From positions 66,962,001 to 67,026,000 of the forward strand of contig NC_045697.1 of the NCBI RefSeq assembly GCF_009834535.1: a DNA stretch of 64,000 bases, read 5' to 3'. Position 1 is the stretch's first letter. Every line of letters begins with the position of its first letter. Shown here one piece after another: positions 27,506 to 40,835 of the stretch. The notes under the pieces were generated by a model. The model worked only from the letters and a program-made list of their open reading frames with translations. It made no database searches and was not told the origin of the DNA. Source of the stretch: Camelus ferus. Lineage: Eukaryota. Made by a program: the position numbers and the translations under genes.

Positions 27506-30500
27506 ATAATTAAAAAATAAAACTGCATTTTGTGGTATAGGCTCAAAGGAACCACTAGGTATGTGCAGAAGTCAAGCCGCAAATCTATCATAAGTCAGAA
27601 AAGTTTTATTATTTCTTCCTGTGTTTTAAAAATTGATATTGTTTAATTTTATTATAATTTTTAATTCGGTTCACATGGTTAACTATACTTGTGGTGATCT
27701 CTATTAGAGGCATATATTGGCATAAAAACATGGAGTGACCATAATAAAGAGGCAATGTTGGCAAATGTTGATTGGACCAATGCAAAGCTTGCAAGCTGAC
27801 TACTAGTCAGGGAACCTAACACATGTGCCAACCTGTTTGCAAAGGCTGGTAATTATCTCATAAGCAAAACCCCTTCTTGTTGCTGCACACATGTGAGGAG
27901 AAAATTTCAACAGATATCACTGGGCCCTGATATCGATGTCTCCCTCCAAATTAGTATTCAAACTCTTCTTTTCTCTCTAAATCTCTTTTGCCTGCAAAGA
28001 ATATAAAGCACAGCTTGGGAGACAATGCACCTGCCTGGAAATGCATCGACACGAAGTTCCAATTATGAGGGGATGGCAGCGAAACAGTCACGCCTCTCAT
28101 GAAACAAAGTGTTCAGTGGCCATATTAGTAATCAATTAGATGGAGAGCCACCTGATGCTGTACATTTGGCAAAGCCTCCAGCTGCCAGAGCTTTTCCCCA
28201 GGCAGTATCAGCTTAAAAAAATCTCTTTCCTGTTTAGCAAGACTAAATTCAACAAAAGAATCTATTCTTTTGCACTTCACCCCATATTTTCCCACTTGCT
28301 AATTAGAGATGCAAATGTTGATAAATAAGACGATGGTTTTTAAGCACAACTGGGTCAATAAGTTGAACAGTGTGCCCTGTTCCTCCAATTAAACTCCTAT
28401 GAGAAATAGTTCAATTATAATTAGAGGAGCAATTATCCCCTTGTTTAAGGTGAAACAAATCACAGGTTCGTTTGAGTGAAAAATTCAGTTTTGCTCCTTC
28501 TGCCCTGCCAACAAATCTTGTATCCATAGATGTTTTGATCCCAGTACTCTCCAGAAGAGATAATCCGATGAAATAATGCATCCCTGAGTATATTTCTGGC
28601 TCATCATATGACAGCAACATTTTCCAGGCATAAACTAAAACGAGCAAAGAGGGATTCATTTCCTAGAGTGCTGCTATTATGCCACTGGAGCAACCCAGCA
28701 CCCGTTCACAGCATATTAATTTTCTGGCCTCTTTAGGGAGATGGGGAGGCTTCTGCTAAAAGGGAGGCAAATGTCTCTCCAGAAATGGAAGAAAAGCATT
28801 ATATTTTTGGCTTGATCCTAGCAAAAGAGTTATTAAAAATACTGAGCAGTACCATTTTAAAGTATTTCTGGGATTTGTTTTTCTTTCTTTCACCTAGCCT
28901 ACTTTTAATTTTAATGTAATTATTATTAACCTGCCCTTTCATCCTTGAGCTAAAGTAACTCCCAATGGTCTTTTGTTCTGATCTGGCGGGTTAGAACCCT
29001 GCTGAATTCTAGATTCCCTCACTCCACCCACCCTGAATTCTCTCAGTGTGCATCTTCACAGGTGACGAACATCCATTTTCGGGGATGTTCCATTTCCTGA
29101 GGTGCAGTCTCTGTGTCACATCCATCAGGGACTCTTTATTCCATTTAGTTAAATATTCTTAGAGAATATACTACGAAACCTACAGTCTACTCGTGTTAGA
29201 GATAAATATGAGCAAAAACCCCCTTTTGCTCCTTATTTCATCACAGTCTAGTCGGGCTGGCAAAGGAGTTTTTAACGGATACATTTCAACACAGATAATA
29301 GTCAGAGCTATAAAAAATCAGGGCACCTAGGGGCTGGCATTCAGCCAGTCATACTGGTTCTTCCATACTAGGTGTCAAATCCTGGAAGAGTTCTGTATCT
29401 GCTGCTTAATAACTGAGTGCCCTTCCCCACCACACACTGGCTCCCCAGGGTCCCTGGACCACCCTGTGATTCAGCAGCTAAAGGGCTTATATCTCATACA
29501 GCAGAAGGCCTTCAGACTCTGCCCCTGAGCTAAGGAAGCTGTGTGGGTGATAAATACTTTAAATAAAGAATAGAGAGATAAAGAAAGGGCCTGACAAGGA
29601 GGCCAGAGGAAGGAACAGCCGAGACTAGAGCTCTGAAACCCTCACGCTTCATCCCTGAGGCGCCCACAATACAGGTTTTCTTAACCAATGAGTTAAGGAG
29701 CTCTTAGTCAAAACTGTCACCACCTGGAGAGACGGAGTATAAGGCATCCTGAGGTGGCCTCTTCCTCCTCTGAGACTTTGTCACCCTCTCTCCTTTGGCT
29801 TGAAAAGGAGAACTACCAACAGTAGCCCCAGCCCAAATTTCCTCTTTCGAAGAAAATATCTCGGGACCATGATAACTAAATAGACAACTTTAAAAATCAG
29901 AGTGAGGACAGCAGCCCACCAGGACTTGCTGCAGATATTCACATTGACAAGTCATTGGTAAAGTAAATGTGTTATGTAAATAAGGTGTTTCCTTGTTTTG
30001 AAGCTCAAAGGTTATCTTCTTGTAGCATTTACGGACTCCAACCAAAGTGACTGCCTGGAAAACAGGAGGGCATCTTGGTGATGCTTCGGAGGACAGAAGC
30101 TTCATCTCTGTAAAGCCCACAGCACCCAACAGAGGTGCAATGTGCTCAGCGACTACTCTGAAGTCACAAGGTTGAATTCAGGCTTCTGTGAATCAACAGG
30201 TGATAATGTAATAATAGCACTAATAATGTTTCTTGAGTCCGTCTACATGTTCTAAGTGATCTGTATATATCGTCTCATTTAACCTTCAGCTACATGTTGG
30301 AGAGACACTATTATTGTCTCCATTTTGTAATTTAATTGATGAAACTTAGGTACAGAGAATTGAAATACCTTGCCCAAAGTCAAGGAGTTAAAAATGGTGA
30401 CACTTGGGTTTAAACCTAGAGTTCTGTAAGGAAATTAGTTTAATATTCTGCAGTGTAAATTAAAGCCAAAATAGGGGAGAATATTAAGTGTTATCACCTC

Positions 30501-32804
30501 AGAAAAGCCTACGCCATTATTTCACTGAAGGTGATGCCACTGTAATTTAGGGTTAGTAGAGCTCTTTGGAAACATACTGACGTGTATAGGAAGGAAGAAA
30601 ATTAATGCCTCCCGGTGTTCTGTAAAGAATATACTTGACTATTTCTTCAATGATGCTAGACATATAAAAGAAAGATAAAGTGAATCAATCAACCACGTAT
30701 TCGTTAAGCATTTCGTATCAGAGTTTTTCAGAATCATTGGCCTTGAATACAAAAGAAGCATAAATCCTTGCAAGCAGGCCTGATATCCTAAGGATTGATT
30801 TTATTTATGGTAAAACACTAGAGTTTTACCTGCTGGTTTCCCTTTAAGATCAATATTACATTTTATGCTATCTTTATGCTTTTAGATGCCTCAAGCCATT
30901 AAATGAAAATTAAATAATGAATGCATGTCATTAAATTTAAATAATCTTACAGTCCTCTAACTCACCACATTACATTTCATCCCCTTCTTTTTAAATTTAT
31001 CTGCCCCTCTTGAGCAAATGACAGTTGTAATGTGTCACGTTAAGGTATTCATTAGATTTCTGATCGTGGTGATTCTAAGAGTGTTGAAAATAACCTACAC
31101 AGGAGTTTATTAGTCTGCTCTCGAACATGTGTGTTTGATCTCTCTTCTGACTTCAAAAAATAAAAAGAAAAAAATTTGCATAAAATATAGGTCTTTGAAT
31201 GTCAAATGGGTATATGATTTTTGAGCTTGTCAAGTGTTAATTGGTCTCTTCCCCAGTGATGATACAAATAAAATTCACAGCCAATTAATTTGCAGGCGTA
31301 AATCTTTACTCCTTGACAAAGTGAACCACTTTACTGAGGAGACCAAAAAAAAAAAAAAAAAAAGAAGAAGAAGAAGAAAAAGAAATTACTGGAATCTCCT
31401 CACTGCAAGTCTCTGCAGGGATCAGCTATCTTTAAGAAGCACCATGTAGAGTCAAAAATGAGGCTATGGATACCCATGTTACTCAGGACATGTTCTGGTG
31501 TTTAAGGTAGTTTAATGGAGAAGGTTTGCATTAGAATTTTAGAAAGACAAGGGGACAGATGCACTTATTGTAATAAGTAAAATGAAATATTGAATAGAGA
31601 AGGGTTGCCTCCTTTTTAATCACAATAAATCATATTGTGCATCAGTGTTGGAAGGTAAGGTTTCAGTGTGGTTGGATAAAATAGCTATAATCATGCAAGG
31701 TCTCTGATATGATGCTATAAAATGCCATTTGATGCCAGGTACAAGGCAAAAAATAGTTCTTTTCTTTCAAAGTAAAAAAGGAAATTTCATTAAGAGTGCC
31801 ACTTTGAGTCTTTGCGTTGACACATTGGAGATATGAATGGCTGTGATGGAAAAGTTGAGTTATTTTGTAAGGTCCCTACCTACACTTCTAATTAACATAT
31901 TATTATTATTATTATTATTAATTTGGAAAGAGCAACCCAATGTTTAATCTTGTTATCATGGAACCAGCTAACTGTGTTGACTCTCACTGCTGCCTGAACT
32001 TTCAAAAGACTGAAAAACTATGTAAATCTAATAGTAGATGTGTTGATTAACTGTTACCATTTTTTTGGACAATGTTGTAAGTCCCAGTAATACTATTTTG
32101 CACTTTCATAGACAGGAAAAATTTAGGGCTTAATTTTACTAGAAAAAAATCAGCTGATCCATATAGAGGCCCAAATTACAATAAAAAAAAAAAGCCTCTT
32201 TCCATATATGCAATAAAGAATAAAAATTCCAAAGAACTCAATGTAGCTTAGAGGTTAAAATGACCACCAGCAAATTGGCAGCTATGTCACTTGTCAAACT
32301 GAAGTTTTTCTGCTTTCGTAGGATACTGGATCTTCTAGGGCAACAGTGTGTGATGCATATTAGAACGTCTCCTAATACTTACAAAAGGGTAACATTTTTC
32401 AGAGTTTGGGATTATTTAAAATGAAATGAAGGACACGGTATTTGATGATTTTCCTCAGCAGTATGCTCTAAGGGGATGGTGTCTCAAGGAGAACATGGGA
32501 CTCCCTTGTGGTCACTCAGACCTATCCCCATGGACAGGCATTTTTAAAGGCATTGTATTGTTTGGTGCTAATAAAAAGTCATGGTATAAATCTGATTTAT
32601 AATACTTCGCTAGTGATCAATAGGCTTTGTTTCAGCAAAAACAGAAACTAAAAATGAGGAGCTGATGGAAAGCTTACAGGGTGAAATGAATTGACATTTC
32701 TCAAACATGTTTTTGTTCATGGTGTGTGGATGTGCCTCTCAGGTATGTCCATGCTTACATCATAGAGCAAGAAATCCATATGTGGAATGCACGGGTTCAT
32801 GGAT

Positions 32805-32824
32805 ACACACACACACACACACAC
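32805..32824. repeat. (AC)10 microsatellite
   Basis: Read directly from the sequence. Confidence 0.9.
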
Positions 32825-33150
32825 ATGCTTCGTAGATTGTTTGCATTGTATCAAGAACAATAATAAAATTGATAGCACATTATTAAGTCATACCATTTTT
32901 CTCTATGATTAGTGCCAGATAAAATAAAGCTGTGTTTCTGATTTCTTGAAAGAGAATGACAAAATTAAACCAAGCCGCCTGTGGCTTTGTCCAGTGGGGC
33001 ATTCTAATTGACTCCAAGTCATTAATCAGTTTCCAATCAATCTATTTTGCCAGTAGCAAGCAGTTAGGACTCCATTACCAACCATTCATCATGCCATCCC
33101 CTAATTCACTGCACCATTAGCCATGGATTAGGCCTCTATTAGAATAACTA

Positions 33151-33327
<177 letters not shown>

Positions 33328-35652
33328 CTAATTAACATTAATTATTTACGGAAAGTACAATAAAAATTTCACAGTTTAATATTTTGTGTTTCTTTGTATT
33401 TTTTAATCACATATTAGTACTGAACCATAATCTGAGTGATTTTATTCTGTGTAGTGGAAATTATGAAATTCAGAGGCTATTAACTGTTCCTACTTTAATC
33501 TTCACTGGAATGCTTTGTAGATCCTTGTTTTAACAATTAGTGAAATTCATTTATTGTGTTTCCTTAGTATTTCTTAATAACCAACTATAATGATCACATT
33601 TTTAATCAAATGAATCCCATTGTTATGATCCTCATTCATACAGAGTTGCTTATGTATTGTAATTTTTTTTCTTCACAATAGATACTGTGGAAGTTGTAAT
33701 AACTCCAAGATCTTTTGATCAATAACTCAAAAGCAAGGTTCAGTTTCAGAGTGGAAAATAGAATGTTGGGAGTCCTGAAAGAATGAATATAGCTTCTTGA
33801 GGTGTCTCAAACACAAGGCAGGGAAAAGAGTAACTACTGGTTACTCTCAATATATCAATATGTAACTATATGACCATTCTTCAATTAGTAGATTAAATAG
33901 TCATTTCTGTTCAAATATACCAAGACTCTAATTATGCATTTCTTTAGTTGCTATAGCAATATGCAGTACAATTTTCAAAACTGCTGTTGATGGACACAAG
34001 AATGTTAGAAACCAATTAGTCATTTTAAACACCAAAGCTAAAAAGTAAACATCAGCTAAAGAGCTTTGAAGCAGCATTTTTTTTAAAAGAGCAAAGCAAA
34101 AAATTTATTTCGTACATGTTCTGTTCAGCTCCTTCCAACAAAAAGTTATTGGAAATTTGCCCAGTTGACTTAACTTAAAAAAGTAAGCACCGCTGTCCTG
34201 TCATCCCATGTCCCCAGTAAAGACTTGAGAATCTAAAGCACCATTTCAGCCTTCCAGACTACTGGGTGGAAATCCAAAGACTCTGGAAGTATATTTGCAA
34301 TATCTTTTAAGGAGCTATTAGAAAGTACACCTGGAAAAACGCAGTGTGAAAAAATACACTGTCATATATTTGCCATTTGGCTGAATTTCTTGGAAGAAAA
34401 CCTTCAAGAGCTTAAGGGTTGTGAAAAGATTATTGGGTATGCATGGATCTAAGGTAAGACAAGAGACTATCCCAATGCTGACAGAATTTCTGTCAGAAGG
34501 GCATTTCTAATGTGATTATCAAGAAATTAAATATATTGTAGGAATGAACACTTAAAATCCACAGTTGTTAGAACTTGAAATTTATCTAAACCATGTCCTT
34601 ATTTTATATATGAAAAACATGTTTTTCAAATTACTCAAAGCCTCACAGCAAAATAATAGATGCCACATTAGAATCTGCTGACCCTTGATTTGATAGCTAT
34701 TTTGCTATCCACATATCCCTTCGCATCTCTTTTGGTTGATCTGTGTCCTTCCAAAAGAGACATTAAATTTTTTTCTACTCTTTCTTTTCTCATATGGTAG
34801 TTTCTCCTTCTTTTTAATCTGCATTAAGATAAAAACTTCAGCAATACACCAAACACCACTTTAATAAAAATAATAGTAATGAATAACTTTTATGGGATAA
34901 AATGTTCTTGACAAGGTATATTTTGTTTGTGAAAGTGATTCTGAAAAACTCCCATCTGATGTGGGGTAGGGTGAAGACCTAAAGACAGGAATTAATTCTC
35001 AAATCAAGTAACACATTGATTCATTCTCAGTTAAACGGACCAGCACATCACAAAATAAGGATTGAAAATTAGAAGGTGTGAGGCATGTATGTTTTCAAAT
35101 GGTCAAAACAAATTCCTTTAACATTTATTAATTATCTCCTTATGGTAAACACTTTATTAGGCACTTAGGATGAAGATGTGTAAGATTCAGAATCAAGACT
35201 AGAAAGATAAGCTGAGATCTATTAATGAAAAGACTCCTGTTATGCTAACGAATGGCAAAGTCTCAAAGGCTTCTAAGCAGGGAGGGAGATCAGATGTCGT
35301 TTTACCCTCAGTGTGATGGAGGAGGTGGTGAAGAAGCAGAAGGTACTTAGGGACCCATCTGAACAGACCAGGAGGGATGATGAGGTTCTGAACTCAGCTA
35401 GTGACAGTGGATAGCAAGAGGACAGAGCAGATTCTAGTAATAAATAGATCAGAAGTTTGGGGAGACGTACGTATCTGGAGAGTGCCAAGAGGAAAGGATA
35501 ATACCATATTCTTAGCTACTGCAGTTGTTAAGTGGATACCATCATTAAATGAAATAATATCAAATTAGGTAAGAAAGTGGGGAGAAAAGCGGCAAATTTA
35601 TTTTGATACGTGTTCAGTTTGGTACAACTGGAAAAGTCCAGTAGGTCCAGAT

Positions 35653-36190
35653 CATGACTTCTCAACCTCAGCACAAGTGACATTTGGGACTGGATAATTC
35701 TGTTTGTTTGTTTGTTTGTTTAAAGGATTTTTATACTATATTTTAAAAAGCCCACAAAATAAAAAAGGAATCAATCAACGTATATCTTAAAAGTCCTTCC
35801 CAAAGTCTCTGCACCCTACCACCATGCGGCTGGTTGTTGCCTTTTCCTTCTCTGCTCAGTCCGCAGCTCACTGAAGGACTGTTGAAGAGTACTTGGGCTC
35901 TCGTTCTTAAAATCAAACTTGTTCTGCCAGATACAAGACCTTGGATTTATCCAAATTGCAAAAACATTGCTTTGACCATCCGTCCACCAAAATACCTCCC
36001 ATTCAGATCAACAACAGCTAGAATTGCTGTCGTGAGGTTGTCCTACGCATAGTCAGGTGCTCAGCAGCATCCCTGGACTCTACCCAGCAGGTGCCAGTGG
36101 CACCCCTCCAAGCCATGACAAAATAAACACCTCCAGATAATGCCAAGTGTCCCCTGACAGGAAAAGTCATTTCAGGTTGAGAACCAGCTG
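35653..36190 (-). mobile_element. MER20 (hAT-Charlie) interrupted by the RBM17 retrocopy
   Basis: Left part cttctcaacctcagcac...ggataattct. Right part ttgctgtcgtgaggttgtcc...cagcagcatccctgg...ggttgagaacca. Flanks gtccagat / gtctagag resemble an 8-bp hAT TSD. Confidence 0.85.
35701..36018 (-). pseudogene. RBM17: 5'-truncated retrocopy of RBM17/SPF45 (C-terminal UHM codons, 3'UTR, decayed poly-A)
   Basis: 36018->35913 reads AVVDLNGRYFGGRMVKA(+1 frameshift)CFCNLDKSKVLYLAEQV*, 29/34 identical to the recalled RBM17 C-terminus AVVDLNGRYFGGRVVKACFYNLDKFRVLDLAEQV*. About 190 nt of 3'UTR follow, with a TATAAA variant poly-A signal and a (CAAA)n tail at 35701-35721. Confidence 0.9.
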
Positions 36191-39172
36191 TCTAGAGTTT
36201 GAAAAAGAAGTCCTGGTAGAAGATTTGTGTTTCACTATCTAGGAGACAGCTGAAGCACTAAAAAGCGATGACATTACCAGGGGAAAGACTGTGGAATTAA
36301 AAAAAAAAAAAAAAGAGGACACCAACATTCAAGAGGAAAAGCCGCCAGCAAAAATGGTATGGTGTGAACAAAGACGGAGGAGAAAAACCAAGAGACAAGT
36401 GTCAGAGGAGCCAAGAGGAGAATAAAGTTTTAAGAAGTTGGGAGGCCAACAGCACAAATGCAGCAAGAGACTCAAAAGTAGGAGTCTAAAGTTTGGGAAA
36501 TTGAAGCGTGAAGAGGGAGGAGCAGCCCAGTTGTGTTGAGGGTGCACAGGAATTGGGAAAACGACCACCACGAGAACTACTCCTCTTTTGCAAAAGTTTA
36601 CGGTGACAGAAAGCAGCACCATTAAGGGGTGATGGCTTCAAATGTAGCAATGCTATAATTCTTCTTAGGATGTGGTATAGCTTTTGGTCCAGTTTTCAAA
36701 TTCCTGCCATATGAAAGCACATCTTATAAGAATCTTTGTTACCCGATTAAGAATGGTGACCACACATCAGAGGCATGTACTTTAAAAGACAGGTTTAACT
36801 GAACCATCACTGAAATATCACCGTAAAATTATTTTGTTTTGATGTGATTTAATTTTAAACTCTATGTAAATTTTATCTAATTTCTAAAATGACTCACATT
36901 TAGCCCCCCAGAAGGCAATACTTCTTCCTGAAAAAATCCTTTTAATTCCTGCCATAAAACCTCTTTTCCAGCTCTCAGGTTGTGTAATAAGCACAGAATA
37001 TATTGTGCTGTCCTGCATGATAGCTGCTCCTTTCAGGATGCCTCCACACTACTTTGCAAAGTGGTGAGTAACATTTTAAGCATATCTTGTATCATTTGGA
37101 GAGATGTGATAGAAGGCAGGCTGGATGACTCGCAGGCAGAGAGAACACAAGGGTGACGGATGAATAAGCATGAAAACCGGACACTTGTCAGCTAGGAGTT
37201 AGATGTAAACCAGAATGTTTTAGAATAATGTGGGCATTCCTGTCAGGAAAAAGACGAATTTCTGCCCTTGGAAGACCTTTAGGATTCTACAAGTCTGTTT
37301 TCTTTCCATTAGTTCTAAGGCTGCTACTAAAATAAGTATAAAGTCCTTTCATTATAACCTAGATTACTTCTGCAAAGTCAACTTCGCTTACTCTTGATTT
37401 AGTTGTTGATTCCGTCAATTAAAAGAAAAATCAGCTTTGTCATACTCATGCATTCAGAAAGATGTTGACTTAAGAGCATGAATATTGGCTTACTAAATCC
37501 ATACAGTGAAATCTAATTAGTAGGTGTAGAACCAGACCTGAAACTATATGGATTTCTATTTACCATTTACACAGTAATCAAAGAAAGCCTTTTAGAATAC
37601 ACACGTGTGTGGGTGTACATGTGAAAAACGGCAGAATTTTGATGCATTCAATGTAATTTCTTTTGCACAATAATAATGCTGTGGTTACAAATTATTTATG
37701 ATGTGAAATCCACTAATTCATGGCATCCCACAGCAATGAACTCTGCTTTCTGACAATGTGGTAAACAGAAAAAAAAAAAAAAAAGGCTAGCTGGGAGTTG
37801 GAAGGCTCTGTGGCCTCATCTTCCTCATTTGTAAAATGAGAGTAAATGACTAGATGCTTTTGGAGGTCTCTTTTGTGAGAAGGGCGTATGACTGAATAGA
37901 CTAACATTTTAAATATGCATTTTACAGGAAAACAGCATATCCTTTGTCAAATAAGATAAGATCTCTAAGGAGCTATACCAACTATCAGTATCTAAGAGAA
38001 ATAATAGAAGAAATTATTTTTCAATAATCTAGGAGTTGATGCACCTTTGAGGAGAACAGCTTATAGTTTTCTCTTAGGACAATCTCTGTGGGACTTTTGT
38101 ACACTTAGATATACAGGTAAGAGTTAGAAAATGGGGAGATGGGTGGGTTCCAGAAGGTCCAGTATTAAACATAGCAGAAAATTCTTTGTACAAATCCACT
38201 AGAGCAATGCAATATACAACACAAAAGCAGGTGACTATTAAATTTTTGATGATTATAAATGCATTGAGAATTAATTTGACAAAACTAATTTTCTCTCCCC
38301 CTGGAGAGGTGGGAGGGAAATGCTGACCCGAAACAGCGTGCAAGAAAGCCTATCACGTCAAGGTGTATATTTACAAGAGGGGCTGAGAATCAGGTCTCCT
38401 TCCCAGCGGCATCCCTGGGGCATCTTTGCCTGACACCATCCAAAAAGGGTGAGAGCGGCCTACAATAGGAAAGTCAAGGCTGGACAGATGGGAGCTTTGA
38501 CTGTAACGGGTCACGCTACCATCCAAGCACCTGTGAGCCCTGCTGATTTTGGAAGGAAACCAGGAGAAAATACCAGCAAAAGATCTCCCTGTGGTGTCTG
38601 AGCAGGCAGGCTGCTGCTACTACTGTCTTTGAAAAAGAAAATAAACATGTTCTCACTCCAAGTTTTAAAAAAATAATTTACATTTGTTAAAAATGTTTAT
38701 TCCCTCAGCAATGCTACTTCATTATGCAGAAAGATTTATTAGAATAAAATATTTTTTAAAAGACAAAATCTTGACAATGTGATAGACTGATACTATGAAG
38801 CCAAGAATTCTCTATGGGTATACTTCAATAGATTATTCTAATGGAAGTTAAAATTCTTAAATTCCATTGAATAATAAGATATAAATAAAATATTACCTTA
38901 TTAATATTGTATTTTTGTTTTTAGATCTCATAGAGTTTTGTGAATATTAAAAGAGATTGAATCTGAAAAGGTTTTGGAAGATTATAAAGCACAAAACACA
39001 TGTAATAAATTATTACAATTATTTCTATTATTATTAGAGAGTTCTCACATGAAAGATGATTACTCATTTGAGTAAATTTTAACATGTCATTCCCTTACAC
39101 ACTTGAGCCATGTGGTCTATAAACCATAGTGTTTAATATTCCTTATTGTTCTTATGGAATTTAAGGTTTATT

Positions 39173-39350
39173 GCTGTGTTTTTCAAACTGTGTCATGACC
39201 TCTTAGAGGATTATGAATTTAATTTATTGAATTAAAAACCAGCATCAAAATATGAAGTTGAATAGATAGAAAATGTCAAGGTGTATCACCCATAGTATTA
39301 TGTGTGTATGTGTATACACACACATATCTCTGTGTACTGGTATATGTGAG
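39173..39350. mobile_element. MER119-like hAT fragment
   Basis: gtttttcaaactgtg...accagcat...aatagatagaaaatgtcaaggtgtatcac. Confidence 0.5.
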
Positions 39351-39479
39351 GAGATTGGCATATATTTATTTAGTGGATCATGAGATAAACATATTTTTAT
39401 GGTAGGTCACTATGAAAGATCTGAAAGCTCCTGTGAAGCAGGGTAACATTGCAGACAAGAGCAAGATCTTCAGCACAGA

Positions 39480-40835
39480 CAAGAATATACAATGGAGTAA
39501 AGATGGTCTCTTCAAAAAGTGGTGTTGGGAAAACTGGACAGCCGCATGTAAATCAATTAAGTTAGAATACTCCTTCACACCATACACAAAAATAAACTCA
39601 AAATGGCTTAAAGACTTAAACATAAGGCAAGACACTATAAACCTATTAGAAGAAAACATTGCCAAAACATTTTCTGACATAAATCTTAGCAATGTTCTCT
39701 TAGGGCAGTCTATCCAGGTAATAGAAATAAAAGAAAAATAAACAAATGGGACCTAATTAAACTACTAAGCTTTTGCTTTACTTTTTCACATAAGTAAAAC
39801 AAAATGACAACCTATGGAATGGGAGAAAATATTTGCAAATGATGCGACTGACAAAGGTTTAATTTCCAGAATATATAAATAGCTCATACAACTTTATAAG
39901 AAAAATACAAAAAAAAAAATCTAATACAAAAATGGGCAGAGGACCTAAACAAGTAAATTTCCATTGAAGATATACAAATGACTAATAGGCACGTGAAAAA
40001 ATTCTCAATATGGTTAATTATCAGAAATGCAAACCAAATCTACAATGAGGTATCATCTCACATCAGTCAGAATAGCCATCATTCAAAAGCCCACAAATGA
40101 TAAATGCTAGAGAGGGTGTAGAGAAAAGGGAACTCTCCCATACTGTTGGTGGAAATGTAGTTTGGTGCAGTCATTATGGAAAACAACACAGAGATTCCTC
40201 AAAAAAACTAAAAATAGACTTACCACATGATCCAGCAGTCCCACTCCTTGGCATGTATCTGGAGGGAACTCTAATTCCAAAAGATAAATGCACCCCAATG
40301 GTCTTAGCAGCACTATATACAATAGCCAAGACATGGAAACATGTCCATTGACAGATGACCCAATAAAGAAGTTGTGGTATATTTATACAATGGAATACTA
40401 CTCAGCCATGAAAAGGGAATGAAATAATGCCATTTGCAGCAACATGGATGGCCCTGGAGATCAGCATTCTAAGTGAAGCCAGGAAGAGGAAGAAAAATAC
40501 CATATGATATCATTCATATCTGGAATATAAAAATAAAGACACAAATGAACTTATTGACAAAACAGAAACAGACTCATAGACGTAGAAAACAAACTTTTGG
40601 TTATCAGAGGGGAAAGGGGGTGGGAAGGGATAAACTAGGAGTTCTTGATTTACTATATATAAAACAGATAAACAACAAACTTCTTTTGTATAGCACAGGG
40701 AGCTATATTCAGTATCTTCTAGTAATGTATAATGAAAATGAATATATGTTTGTATATGACTGAAACATTATGCTGTACACTAGAAATTGACACAACATTG
40801 TAAATTGACTATACTACAATTTAAAACAAAAGAAA
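39480..40835 (+). mobile_element. 5'-truncated L1 inserted in a MIR
   Basis: [22 protein letters not shown]2 remnant and a 3'UTR similar to 7690-8000. MIR-like sequence lies on both sides. Confidence 0.9.

Noticed and set aside
30025..30170. Plus-strand exon-like open stretch after ttcttgtag
   Set aside because: The translation is not recognisable and the donor is weak.
31234..31449. ORF with a poly-Lys/Arg NLS-like run
   Set aside because: Comes from an A-run and an (AAG)n simple repeat; no other coding signal.
34478..34496. Quasi-palindrome ctgacagaa-t-ttctgtcag
   Set aside because: 9-bp arms are expected by chance in 64 kb, and there is no supporting context.
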